In this document: positions 1 to 9,365 of the stretch, piece after piece
Position numbering within the stretch: position 1 is the stretch's first letter
How the letters are laid out: the number at the start of each line of letters is the position of its first letter
Assembly (NCBI GenBank): GCA_043228905.1
Contig: JBHGNT010000011.1
Coordinates: 10,478,001 to 10,542,000 of the forward strand
Origin: Azolla caroliniana
Lineage: Eukaryota; Plantae; Polypodiophyta
Reading direction: 5' to 3'
Length of the DNA stretch: 64,000 nt
Made by a program: the position numbers and the translations under genes
Notes under the pieces: generated by a model
What the model saw: only the letters and a program-made list of their open reading frames with translations
Told to the model about the DNA's origin: nothing
Databases searched by the model: none

Positions 1-1043
1 TCTCCGCCACCTTCCGTCTCTTCGGTCTCACGTTGCCTTTCGAACGCAACCGCCGGAGTCTCTAGAATCAGTGGTGGGGAAGTCTCGATATGGCCATCCG
101 TCGTTGATTCGTCCATAGCCACCTTCGATTCGATGTCATCTTTCGTGGCGACCTCCTCAATCAAGTCCTCTTTGTTCTCTTTCACTGCATCAATTATGCT
201 TACCCCTTTTTCACCCGATGTTTCGGACACTTGTATTCCGAAATCTTCTTCTACACTTGGGTTATCGGCCTTATCCTTCGCCGTCGTTCTTTCGCAAGAC
301 AAGAGGGTAGCTTGTTTTATACCCTCTTCCGTCGCACCATCATGTTGTATTTCGGCCTTCATATCGGCTCCATCGTTTGTCTTCAATCGACCATCCTTCA
401 TCGGCCATGTCGTTGACAAGATTCTCATCTTCCTCTCATCATGTCTCCGGCATACCCTTTGGACTTCGGCCCAATCTTCGGTAAGACCATTCGTACCTTC
501 ATCGTCTTCGAGTTCGATCCCGATGTCCATCCTTTCTTTTCGATCGATCGATTTTACGAACATTAGGACTTTATCCTCCCCCACCAACCGTTGTTCCCGC
601 TCCGAGAGTTGAGCAAGACGATGCTCGAACTCTAGGAATGCTTGTGTTGCACTTCGGTGGGTCTTCTCCGATGCCACCCATTCGTCGAATTTTCGCCGAT
701 CTTGTCCCTTTGATCTCTTGTAATCATATGCCTCTCGTAAAGCTTCTTCGAATGACCCCCATGTCGAGTTTTGTTGCCGTATCTTGTGGATTCTCTCTTG
801 TAGCTCATCCGTGGCCACCCGATTGAAGGATGTCACTTGCAATCCTTCCGGTATCCCACATCGTATCATCTCCTCCTTGTAGTCACGTAGATAGCGTGAC
901 ACATCGTTTCCGTTGAATTGTCCGTTTCGTTGTACGAGCCGCTTTACTGCCCTCGTGATCTCCGACATCACTCGTTGTTCTTGTAGCATCCGCTCGAACA
1001 TCATCATCATCGTTATGCTCATTGCCTCTTGTTGATTCTCCAT
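1..1043 (-). CDS. gag: Gag, N-terminal part, runs off the window start
   Basis: Manual translation from ATG 1043 gives MENQQEAMS...RNGQFNGNDVSRYLRDYKEEM...GLTEDWAEV, homologous to the C gag (RNGQFNGKDVSRYLQDYKAEM). Confidence 0.75.
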   Translation of the reverse strand, partial: MENQQEAMSITMMMMFERMLQEQRVMSEITRAVKRLVQRNGQFNGNDVSRYLRDYKEEMIRCGIPEGLQVTSFNRVATDELQERIHKIRQQNSTWGSFEEALREAYDYKRSKGQDRRKFDEWVASEKTHRSATQAFLEFEHRLAQLSEREQRLVGEDKVLMFVKSIDRKERMDIGIELEDDEGTNGLTEDWAEVQRVCRRHDERKMRILSTTWPMKDGRLKTNDGADMKAEIQHDGATEEGIKQATLLSCERTTAKDKADNPSVEEDFGIQVSETSGEKGVSIIDAVKENKEDLIEEVATKDDIESKVAMDESTTDGHIETSPPLILETPAVAFERQRETEETEGGG

Positions 1044-1352
1044 CTCCTTGCCACCCGTCTTCACGTCGGGTTCACCAACTGTGTCGTGCCTTTCGGCTCC
1101 GGATCGTTTGCGTGAGTCGGGTGGGAACCACTGAGGTTTTGGACTAGGAGAAAGAAGAATATGAGATGAGGCTAGTAATGAATAGATTATTAGAAAGAGA
1201 GATAGAAATTTCGTGAATCCCACGAGTGTATTGTATTCGATTAATCAATATTTAGATAAGAATATGTATTTAGATTGAAAGAAAGATATAAGAAACTTGT
1301 GAATCCCACAAGTATAGATTATATTATTTTCGTGAATCCCACGATTATATTA
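1..1352 (-). mobile_element. Gypsy element E (Trp-PBS lineage, related to C): 5' part of gag, PBS and truncated 5' LTR
   Basis: LTR begins TGTCGTGCC at 1082 and resembles the C LTR (42903). PBS at 1060-1077. LTR is cut at ~1352 by an inverted gag copy. Confidence 0.85.
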
Positions 1353-1549
1353 ACGAAGGTGGCTATGGACGAATCAACGACGGATGGCCATATCAAGACT
1401 TCCCCACCACTGATTCTAGAGACTCCGGCGGTTGCGTTCGAAAGGCAACGTGAGACCGAAGAGACGGAAGGTGGCGGAGAGAAAACAAAGGTCGAAGTCG
1501 ATGCATACGACGGAGAGATAGCCGAGAATATGGCTATGGGTGAAACAAT

Positions 1550-3513
1550 GGCGTCCACTGCTTGGGTTGCCCACGCCATCCATCCTCCTCTCCCGATTTT
1601 TTTGGAGAAGGATCCGCTCGTTATCTGTGATGGCCTGGCAACGGTTGCGTGCGTCTTCCATGGACTTCTGGAGATTTGCGATTTCTTGTTGTTTAACGGC
1701 TGCCGCTTCCTCATACGTGGCCTTCAGGCCCGCCCACAGCTGGGATTCCTTTGCATGTTGTTCTTCTAATTTCCCGATCTCGTTGTTTAGGAAGATTTCG
1801 AGGTGATGCCTTCTATCTTGTTCGACCACCAACTGTTCATCGAACCATACCTTCTTTTTTTCTAATAAGGCCCGAAGTCCTGCTATTGCTGCCTCCGATT
1901 TCCTCGTGTCCTCTCATAATTGTGCGTTGTCGTCCTTTGTCTGGATGTGCTGAGCTACCTCCGTAGCTAGTTTCTCTTCAAGAGTTTTTACTGCCTTCCG
2001 TCCGTTAGCCCATATCTCCTTTTCTCTGTCTGAGGATTGGTGTAGTTCTGCTCGAAGACGGTCAATTTCGGATTCTGCTAGCTGCACAGCCCTTTTTGCT
2101 TTTGAGGCGATGGCGGTCTGAGCCTCGATGACATGGTTCGGTGGCAGGGTTGCGTGTTGTGCCGTAGTCGCGTGAGATTCCAACTCCGCGATGTGTGCGT
2201 TGGCTTTTTGCAGTTCGGCTTCGGTCAGTTTAACCTTCTTCTAGACATTCTTATTTTTTATGGCAATCTCCTTGGCGCTCGTGCTGACCTTTGCCAGTTC
2301 CCGATGGACTTCGACTAGGGCCGTGTTTAAGGGCGGAATCTCCATCCCCACTCGCCGTACCCCGGCGTTCCTCTGTCTGCCGGTCCTCATCGTCGCTCTC
2401 CGTTGTTTGTGTTAGGGCACGCTCGATCATCTGGCGTTCCACACGCTCCTCGGCCATTCGTTTGGCGGCTTTGACCTGTTGTGTTGCCAGGAACTCCATG
2501 AGCTCAAAAGAAGTACCGAACTACAAGAGGGCGCTGAACTCGTGGGCCGTATCCGGGATATCCGAATATGCCAAAACCTCGCTTTCCGCCATCAATATGC
2601 CTTTCCCTCGTTCGGACTGAGTCGTAATAATCGGCCGTGGCTCCCGGATGATTTCGAAGGTGGTATTTGGTTCCATTGTTGCGGCACCTTCGCCTTCGGT
2701 CGGTGTCTCCGTTGCCGTGGGGGCGTTTTTTACCAACCCCCACCCATCTTTCCTGTCGAATCTGCGCCATTTTGGTCTGGGGCTTTCCCGCCGTGTTTCG
2801 ATGTTTGGTTCTGGGGCTGCTTCCCTGGAACGTCTCGGTTGTTCCTCCTGCGTTGTCCGTGTGTTCGGCTGGTCGGTAGGAGGTGTTGTCCTTGGGTCTG
2901 GTTGGGCCGGTTGGGGTTCCTCTTCCCACTCTGGGGCCAATAACTCTACTAACCTGCGTTTCGCGGATCGGGGCGGGGTCGTGGGTTGGTTGGGCTGCGA
3001 TGCTAACAGGCCTCGGGGTGGAAATAGTACCGTAAGGTATTGTTGGATGATCGGCCTGAGCTTTTTGCCTGCTTGGTACGCATGCAAGACTTCCCTTAAC
3101 GTTGGCCCTATGATGACCCCCTAGTCAACGGCACGCCCTTCAAAGGTATCGATAATGATGCCCACTTTCTGCTTAGGCATCCCATATGCGTTGACATGTA
3201 CGCAACCGACTTCTAGCAAGAACTTGGCAAATTCACGGAAAAAGGGATCCGGAATATAGGCCTTGGCAGAGGAGGAATATGGCCCAAAATACCGCTGCAG
3301 CGCCTCTGCAGGAGGTATTTTGAAATGTCTTTCGCCTAGTGAGAATAGGTCCAACTTCTTCCGGATGGAAGAGTTGGTGACCGTGTTGATGTTAAGCCTC
3401 CTGGCGATGTCCATGGCGTCCGGGTGCGGAGGTGCTTCTGCGACCCGGATGTAACCATCCAGGCGTTTCTCCACAAGCCATCGGCATAGGGCAGTAGAGA
3501 TGAAGATCGGCAT
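1550..3513 (-). pseudogene. Extra ORF 3' of pol in element B (globular N-terminus, Pro/Glu-rich linker, coiled-coil C-terminus)
   Basis: Fragments 3121-3513, 2521-3087, 2251-2499, 1914-2183 and 1416-1832 lie consecutively on the minus strand. The break at 3121 is an in-frame TAG in VD*G, probably a former Trp codon. Confidence 0.6.
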
Positions 3514-3752
3514 CGCCAGAGTAGATTCATGGGGAGGAGACGGGTGGTTGTGGTGAGTTGGAGCTCTGAGATAGGATGGGGAAGAAGGTGAGGAGGAGGA
3601 GTGATGGGAGCGCGGATAGCTAGAAGATGGGTTTCTGCTTTGTGTAGAAAATCTTCTGTTTCCTTCTTTTTGTGGCTTATTTACCACCTATTTTTTTGTA
3701 ACGGTTATTTACCACCTATTTTTACATTATAGTACAAATGGGGCTGTCCATT

Positions 3753-5197
3753 TTACGCTGCGGGTTCCCCAGCTCTGTCCCATTCGGCGGTGAATGGGTT
3801 AGGCGGCCTAGGGCCCAGGTAAGGTTTGAGCCGAAATCCATTCACTGTTTGCCGTAATTCTTCTCCAGCCAACGTTCCTAGTTGGAACATGCCTTGTTCC
3901 GCTCCAATTATCCAGTATGGGCTGGTCCAACGGAAATGTAACTTCCTCGGCATATGGCCCATGCGCGTTTGAAAAACTAGCACCTCTCGGCCCATGGTGA
4001 ACTCCTTTTCCCTTGCGTTCCGATGTCGATCCACAAATGCTTTACGCCGTCGTTGTTCCTGTTCCAGCACAGCCATGTTGTGGACGCGTTTTTCCCCTAG
4101 TTCGAGGAGCTGGTAGAGCCGTACCTCCTCCAACTTGGCTTTTGATAATTGGTTCTGTACCTGAATGTGCAAACTAGGTACCTGAAATTCGACCGACATC
4201 ACAGCCTCCAGTCCAAATGCTAGTCGGAACAGTGTTGATTGTATGCTTGTTTTGTAACTAGTTCTGTACGCCCATAACGCACTCTGTAGTTTGGTATCCC
4301 AGTCCGTTCTATTTTCATTGACGGTTTTCTTCAAAATGGTCTGTAATGTCTTGTTCGTGGATTCTGCTAATCCATTCGCTTGTGGATAATATGGCGTTCT
4401 CTTCTTGTGGACTACGGCCTAATGATGTGTTAGTTCCTGAACCACCGTATTGAGAAAGTGACTCCCCTAGTCATTTATGAGCTCAATCGGACAGTCGAAC
4501 CGGCACCAGATGTGCTCGTAAAGGAATTTGGTTGTGACGGCCGCCGTATTTTCACATAGTGCCTTTGCTTCTACCCATTTGGTGCAATAATCCGTGGCTA
4601 CCAATATATATTTGTTGCCCGTACGGGCCGCCGCTAGTGTGAAGGGCCCTACAAAATCCAATCCCCACTTTTGGAAGGGGTCTAGCGGTAATAAGGACTA
4701 GTGTGGCATCCTTGCGTCCTCCGCGGGCTGACCCATCCGCTGACACAAATCACACTTTCTACAATACTCGGATGCGTCCTTCTGCGTTGTTGGCCACCAT
4801 AAGCCCGCCTGCCATACTTTCCGGGCTGTCACGTCGCCCGCGTAATGGCCGCCTGCTGTGCCACGGTGTGCCTCCCGTAAAACTACTTCCTTCTCATCCT
4901 GACGGACCCCACGTCGCCAAATGCCGTCACTTCCTTTATGATATAAAACGCCTTCGACGAGGCAAAAGTGACGGCTTCGGACGGCTAGTCGTTTCTTCTC
5001 GTCCGTGTGTAATTGTGGTGGAGGCAGTCTTGTAGTTAAAAAGTACGTCATTTCCATAAGCCATTGGTCCGGAAAGCTAGATTCCGTTTTTTCTGCAAGT
5101 GTCACTAGTCGCAAGATGTCGGCGTCCGGAAAATCGTCGTCGTCTTTCTGTACTATTTCTCCATTCTCGAATCTGCTCAAAAAATCTGCCACTGCGT
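3753..5197 (-). pseudogene. pol: Element B integrase (zinc finger, DDE core, GPY/F-like tail) and end of RNase H
   Basis: GGHYAG...CDLC, DFVGPF, ATDYCTKWVEA, LWAYRTSYKT; several in-frame stops. Confidence 0.9.
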
Positions 5198-5936
5198 TGT
5201 CGAGATATTACACAAGTGCGTATAGAAACGAGGCGGGACCGCGGGGGTCTTGAACCGAAGGGCAAGCGAGGGTGGAGAAAGAGAGAGGACCGGTTACGCA
5301 GGACCGGGGATACACAGGGACACGGCCCTTCAACACAGAGAACGCGAATAGACGTCGACACAGGTAGACACAAACAAATGAATATATATATATATATATA
5401 TGAGCAAATCTCTGATCAAGAAGCTACAACCCGCGATGGGGCACAGGATGGCTACAACCGAACAGGCCGGCGAACAGATGTCGATGCCTGTTCGCTGCGT
5501 CGCACAAAAGGGAGCAGGTCGGAGGTGCTGCCGGAAGCACTCAGGCGTTCCTCCCAACAGCACGAGCCTCCTCGAAACCCTGCCCAGGAAAAGCTATCGA
5601 GCCCCCCCCCCCCGAAAAAAAAAGAAGAAAAAAACCCCCCCCCCCCTTTTTTTTGTCCGTCAAGAAGGAGCCGTTCGGCATTAAATTCCTACCTACCGTA
5701 TCTAACCACTTCGATCCTCCTAGGTACCTAATTCGCCTCTATGTACAACTTGGCGCGCACGTGCGTGAAGAGCCGGTTCCCACGCCTTGGTGCCCCAATT
5801 CCACCCTTGGACGGTTTTCTTCGCGACATCCGCCCCCACCTAACCGCGCATCCACCGGCATGCGCCAAATTAAGTTGGGACGGAGAAAACCGGCCCGCCT
5901 TCACTCTTCGCCCATCGGTCCTTCCTCGGTCTCGGA

Positions 5937-8900
5937 TCAGTCGTCGCTGCTGTCTAGGAGAACCGGGTCTGGCTCGTCGTCGTGTCGCTTCTTGAAGGCT
6001 TTGATCCTCTTTCCAGCCACGGGTATCGCCATTCTCGTGCCGTCGAGTTCCGCCAGGTGATACGTCCCGTTGTCGTTGGCGCTTTGTACCGCGTACGGCC
6101 CAAACCATCTCCGCGCGAACTTCCGTGTAGCCCTGTGCTGGTTGTCGAGGCTGTTGTCGTAGACGAGCACCCAGTCACCTTCCTCGATCTTCTTCAGTCG
6201 GAGCCGGTGCGTTCGGTCGAACCTGGCTTTATTCTTTGTCCTCGCCACCCGGAGTTTCTCCGCAGCCAGTTCCACGTCCTCCGGTCTCCGCTCGAGTTTT
6301 CGTATACGCGCGGCCAACAACTCCTCCCGGCTCATCTCGTCCCTCCAGTCGACCGTTGCCCATGAGGAGATCGTCTGTTCCATCGGCATGATCGGCTTCT
6401 GGCCGAACATGAGCTCCGTCGGCATGTACCCGGTTACCGAACTGTGCGTAGTCCGATCTGCCCACAAAGCATAAGGTAGCAGCCGCGGCCAGTTACCGAC
6501 TTGGCCTCCGCATGCCCGAACCAGCGCCTTGACGATCGGCCCGTGTCCGCGCTCCACCTTTCCATTCGCCTCCGGATTGTACGCAGTGGTGAGCGAGAGC
6601 TTGACTCCCAGCCGGTCGAACAGCTCCGCGGCTTCTTCGGCGTCCAACTCCCCTCGGTCAGCCACGATCTTCCCGACGCACCCGTACCGGCATATCACGT
6701 CCTCGATTAGGAACCGACATACGGCCGCGGTCGTTTTGTTCTGAAGGGCTCGGCCTTCCACCTGGTTCGTCAGATCCTCCCGTGCTAGGACCAGGTACCG
6801 CATCTGTCCTACCCCCATTGGCATCGTCACCAGATCTACCATCCATTTGAAGTGGATGGTCGGAGGGTACGTAGGGTGAAGCTCGTCCCGGTGTCGGACT
6901 ACGGAGTGCATCTGACAATTTTCGCAAGTCGCCACGAACCGACGCACGTCCCGGTACAATCCCGGCCACCAGTACTTCCCCTTTAGTTTCTCGAACGTGG
7001 CCCACGTTCCACGGTGTCCAGCCCAAGGGCTGTCGTGGTAGGCCGCCAGCAGCTCCTCCTGTTCTTCCTTCATCGCCACCACCCGGAGCGGGACGCCGCT
7101 CCTCTTCTTCGGGTGTTTCCATAGATAGCCATCCCGGAGAAAGAACCGGTACACTTTCTTCCGGATCCGGTTGGCCTCGTCTTTCGTCCATGATGCATCC
7201 GGCGCCATTGTCCTCAAGAACCCGCCGATCCGCAGCCACTCCCCGTCGTACTTGCTCGCGTCGAAGTCGTTAAGCGCCGGAGTGCTCGTCCCGTCTGTTG
7301 TTACGTATGCTGCCTCGAAGAAGTCCACGCCGACCTCTTCGTCCTCCGAAACCATGCCGCCCTCGTAATCGAACCTCGCCCTCGAAAGCATGTCGGCCAT
7401 GGCGTTGTCTTTCCCGGAAATGTGTCGTATTTCCGGGTCCAGGGACTTGATGTACGCTATCCACCTGAGCATCGCCAGGTCCGGCGTCGCGCATCCGGAA
7501 ACCATGCCGAGAATTGGCAGGCAATCCGTCTCGATAATCACTTCTGTCCCGATCAGATAGTCTTTGTCGGCCTTTACCGCCGAGACGATACCCCAGAGTT
7601 CGCGTTTAACCTGGGCGTACCCTCGCTGCCGCTCACTGAGGACTTTCGCGCCGAATCGGATCGGAAACCGATTGTCGTCCTCGTCTTGTTGGTTGACGAC
7701 CCACCCGATTCCGGTCGGACTCGTGTCAACCGTTATGTATACTGGGGTGCCCTTCTTGTAGACGGCCTTCCGGAGCGCCGGTGCTGCCGAAAGAGCCTCC
7801 TTCAGCCTCCGGACCGACTCCGTGTGCTCGTCAAGCCATTCGAACCTTCGCCCTTTCTTCAGCAACCCGTACAGCGGGATCCATATGTGGTAAAACGCGC
7901 ATGCTCCCAAGAATCTTCGTACTTCCATGACCGAGCTGCAGTCGGGCTTCATCGCGGAGATGGCTTCTACCTTTGCCGGAGACGGTTTCCGGCCATATGG
8001 CCCACATAAGTGTCCGACCACCATGATTTCCGACTGCCCGAAGGCTGATTTCTCCCCCGAGAAGGTGAGCCTCGCATCCTCTAGCCTTTGCAGCACCTTC
8101 TCGCAGTCGTCGATGTGCGTCGCCACGAATCGCCGGCATCCGTCCGGCCCGATCGTCTCGTCCTTCTCTGCTACCGGGCATCCCTTGATCGGGATGTCGT
8201 CCAGAAACGGCATGGTGATGTCCGGGATGCAGTCCCTCAGAACCTTGTTCATCGCATTCACCATGTGGGCCACCGAGTTGGTCCCTCCTTGCGGCAGCGT
8301 ACACATCCGCACTAGGCCGAGGGGAGTTCGCATCGTCGTGATGTCTCTGCTCTCCACGGCTAGCTGGAACTGGTCGTACCCTGAGTATAGATCACCGACC
8401 GAGTAAATCGACCTTCCGGCGAAGGCCTCCGCGAACTCGTCTATGGTCGGTCCGATCCCTGCGTTCCGAATGGTCACCCTATTGACCGGTTGCAAGTCCT
8501 GAATGAAGCGCAATGATCCGTTTTTCTTTGGTACGGTAAACCATCGGTTTGAATACGGGGCGCTCGACGGCTCGAGAATGCCCATATCAACTTTCTGCTT
8601 CAACAGCTCCATCAACTTCGGGATGTGAGCTCTCGGAACCGGAATTGGCTTGAGATTCCACGGTACATGCGGTACCGTGAATATCACCATCGGCTCTACG
8701 ATCGTCGGGTCTACGCACCCGATTTCCTCCGGTGAGAACGCGAAGGCTTTCCCGTGCCTTCCGAGCATTCTCCGAAACCGGTCTTCCTCCGCCGGTAGTA
8801 GGAACCCGCCCCCACCGATTTTGAGATCCCGGAGCGTCTCGTTGGTGAAGGTGTGTCCTATGCAGGCCGGATCTCGTAAGCTGGGGTCCGATGCAACCCC

Positions 8901-9365
8901 TTTGATTCGCGACTCGCTGCCCTCCGGTAAGGGTACCGCGACTGGCCTTACCTTCCGGTCCACAGTCTTGTACTTGGTGCTTACTCGGGCCGTCCGATCC
9001 GACTCGAGCCCCCGACCAAAGTCCGCGATGGCTTCGTACATCTCTTCTGAACATACCGGTATCGTCCGGTCTTCGCTAAGGTCTTCTTCGACTACCTTCC
9101 CCATCATTCCCAAGGTGTCGTCGAAGGAGACCGCCTCCACGGCTCCGTTGATTTCCTCGTCAGGGCCGAGAACTCCGCACGCTCGAAGTCTCCCCTCCGT
9201 CTTTGTCTTCTCTCGGCCGGCGATGCCGACTATCGTACATGCTCCGCTGTCGGAGAAGCAAAATTTCCTACCTATTGTACACGGTCTTATCGTACAGATG
9301 TGGGGTTTTTCCGGAGCATCCGGACTGTCGCGGCCCCACGCCTTGGCAGTCCTCTCTAAAAATCC
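5937..9365 (-). CDS. pol: Pol (RT-RNase H-integrase) of element A, entered by a predicted -1 frameshift
   Basis: 1067-aa ORF whose frame stays open up to the slip site. Motifs YSNRWFTVPKK, DLYSGYDQ, FLDD, VDTS, GHRG...CENC, WMVDLV, RWFGPY. No chromodomain. Confidence 0.93.
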   Translation of the reverse strand, partial: GFLERTAKAWGRDSPDAPEKPHICTIRPCTIGRKFCFSDSGACTIVGIAGREKTKTEGRLRACGVLGPDEEINGAVEAVSFDDTLGMMGKVVEEDLSEDRTIPVCSEEMYEAIADFGRGLESDRTARVSTKYKTVDRKVRPVAVPLPEGSESRIKGVASDPSLRDPACIGHTFTNETLRDLKIGGGGFLLPAEEDRFRRMLGRHGKAFAFSPEEIGCVDPTIVEPMVIFTVPHVPWNLKPIPVPRAHIPKLMELLKQKVDMGILEPSSAPYSNRWFTVPKKNGSLRFIQDLQPVNRVTIRNAGIGPTIDEFAEAFAGRSIYSVGDLYSGYDQFQLAVESRDITTMRTPLGLVRMCTLPQGGTNSVAHMVNAMNKVLRDCIPDITMPFLDDIPIKGCPVAEKDETIGPDGCRRFVATHIDDCEKVLQRLEDARLTFSGEKSAFGQSEIMVVGHLCGPYGRKPSPAKVEAISAMKPDCSSVMEVRRFLGACAFYHIWIPLYGLLKKGRRFEWLDEHTESVRRLKEALSAAPALRKAVYKKGTPVYITVDTSPTGIGWVVNQQDEDDNRFPIRFGAKVLSERQRGYAQVKRELWGIVSAVKADKDYLIGTEVIIETDCLPILGMVSGCATPDLAMLRWIAYIKSLDPEIRHISGKDNAMADMLSRARFDYEGGMVSEDEEVGVDFFEAAYVTTDGTSTPALNDFDASKYDGEWLRIGGFLRTMAPDASWTKDEANRIRKKVYRFFLRDGYLWKHPKKRSGVPLRVVAMKEEQEELLAAYHDSPWAGHRGTWATFEKLKGKYWWPGLYRDVRRFVATCENCQMHSVVRHRDELHPTYPPTIHFKWMVDLVTMPMGVGQMRYLVLAREDLTNQVEGRALQNKTTAAVCRFLIEDVICRYGCVGKIVADRGELDAEEAAELFDRLGVKLSLTTAYNPEANGKVERGHGPIVKALVRACGGQVGNWPRLLPYALWADRTTHSSVTGYMPTELMFGQKPIMPMEQTISSWATVDWRDEMSREELLAARIRKLERRPEDVELAAEKLRVARTKNKARFDRTHRLRLKKIEEGDWVLVYDNSLDNQHRATRKFARRWFGPYAVQSANDNGTYHLAELDGTRMAIPVAGKRIKAFKKRHDDEPDPVLLDSSDD
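9300..9365 (-). promoter_or_regulatory. Predicted -1 ribosomal frameshift signal (GGAUUUU + pseudoknot), element A
   Basis: Heptamer 9365-9359 abuts the gag-PR stop TAG. After a 6-nt spacer, stem 1 is GGACTG/CAGTCC and stem 2 is GTGGGG/CCCCAC. Pol is in the -1 frame. Confidence 0.8.

Noticed and set aside
1210-1345. CRISPR-like spaced palindromic repeats
   Set aside because: Only 15 bp long, irregularly spaced, inside LTRs of a eukaryotic genome, and no cas genes.
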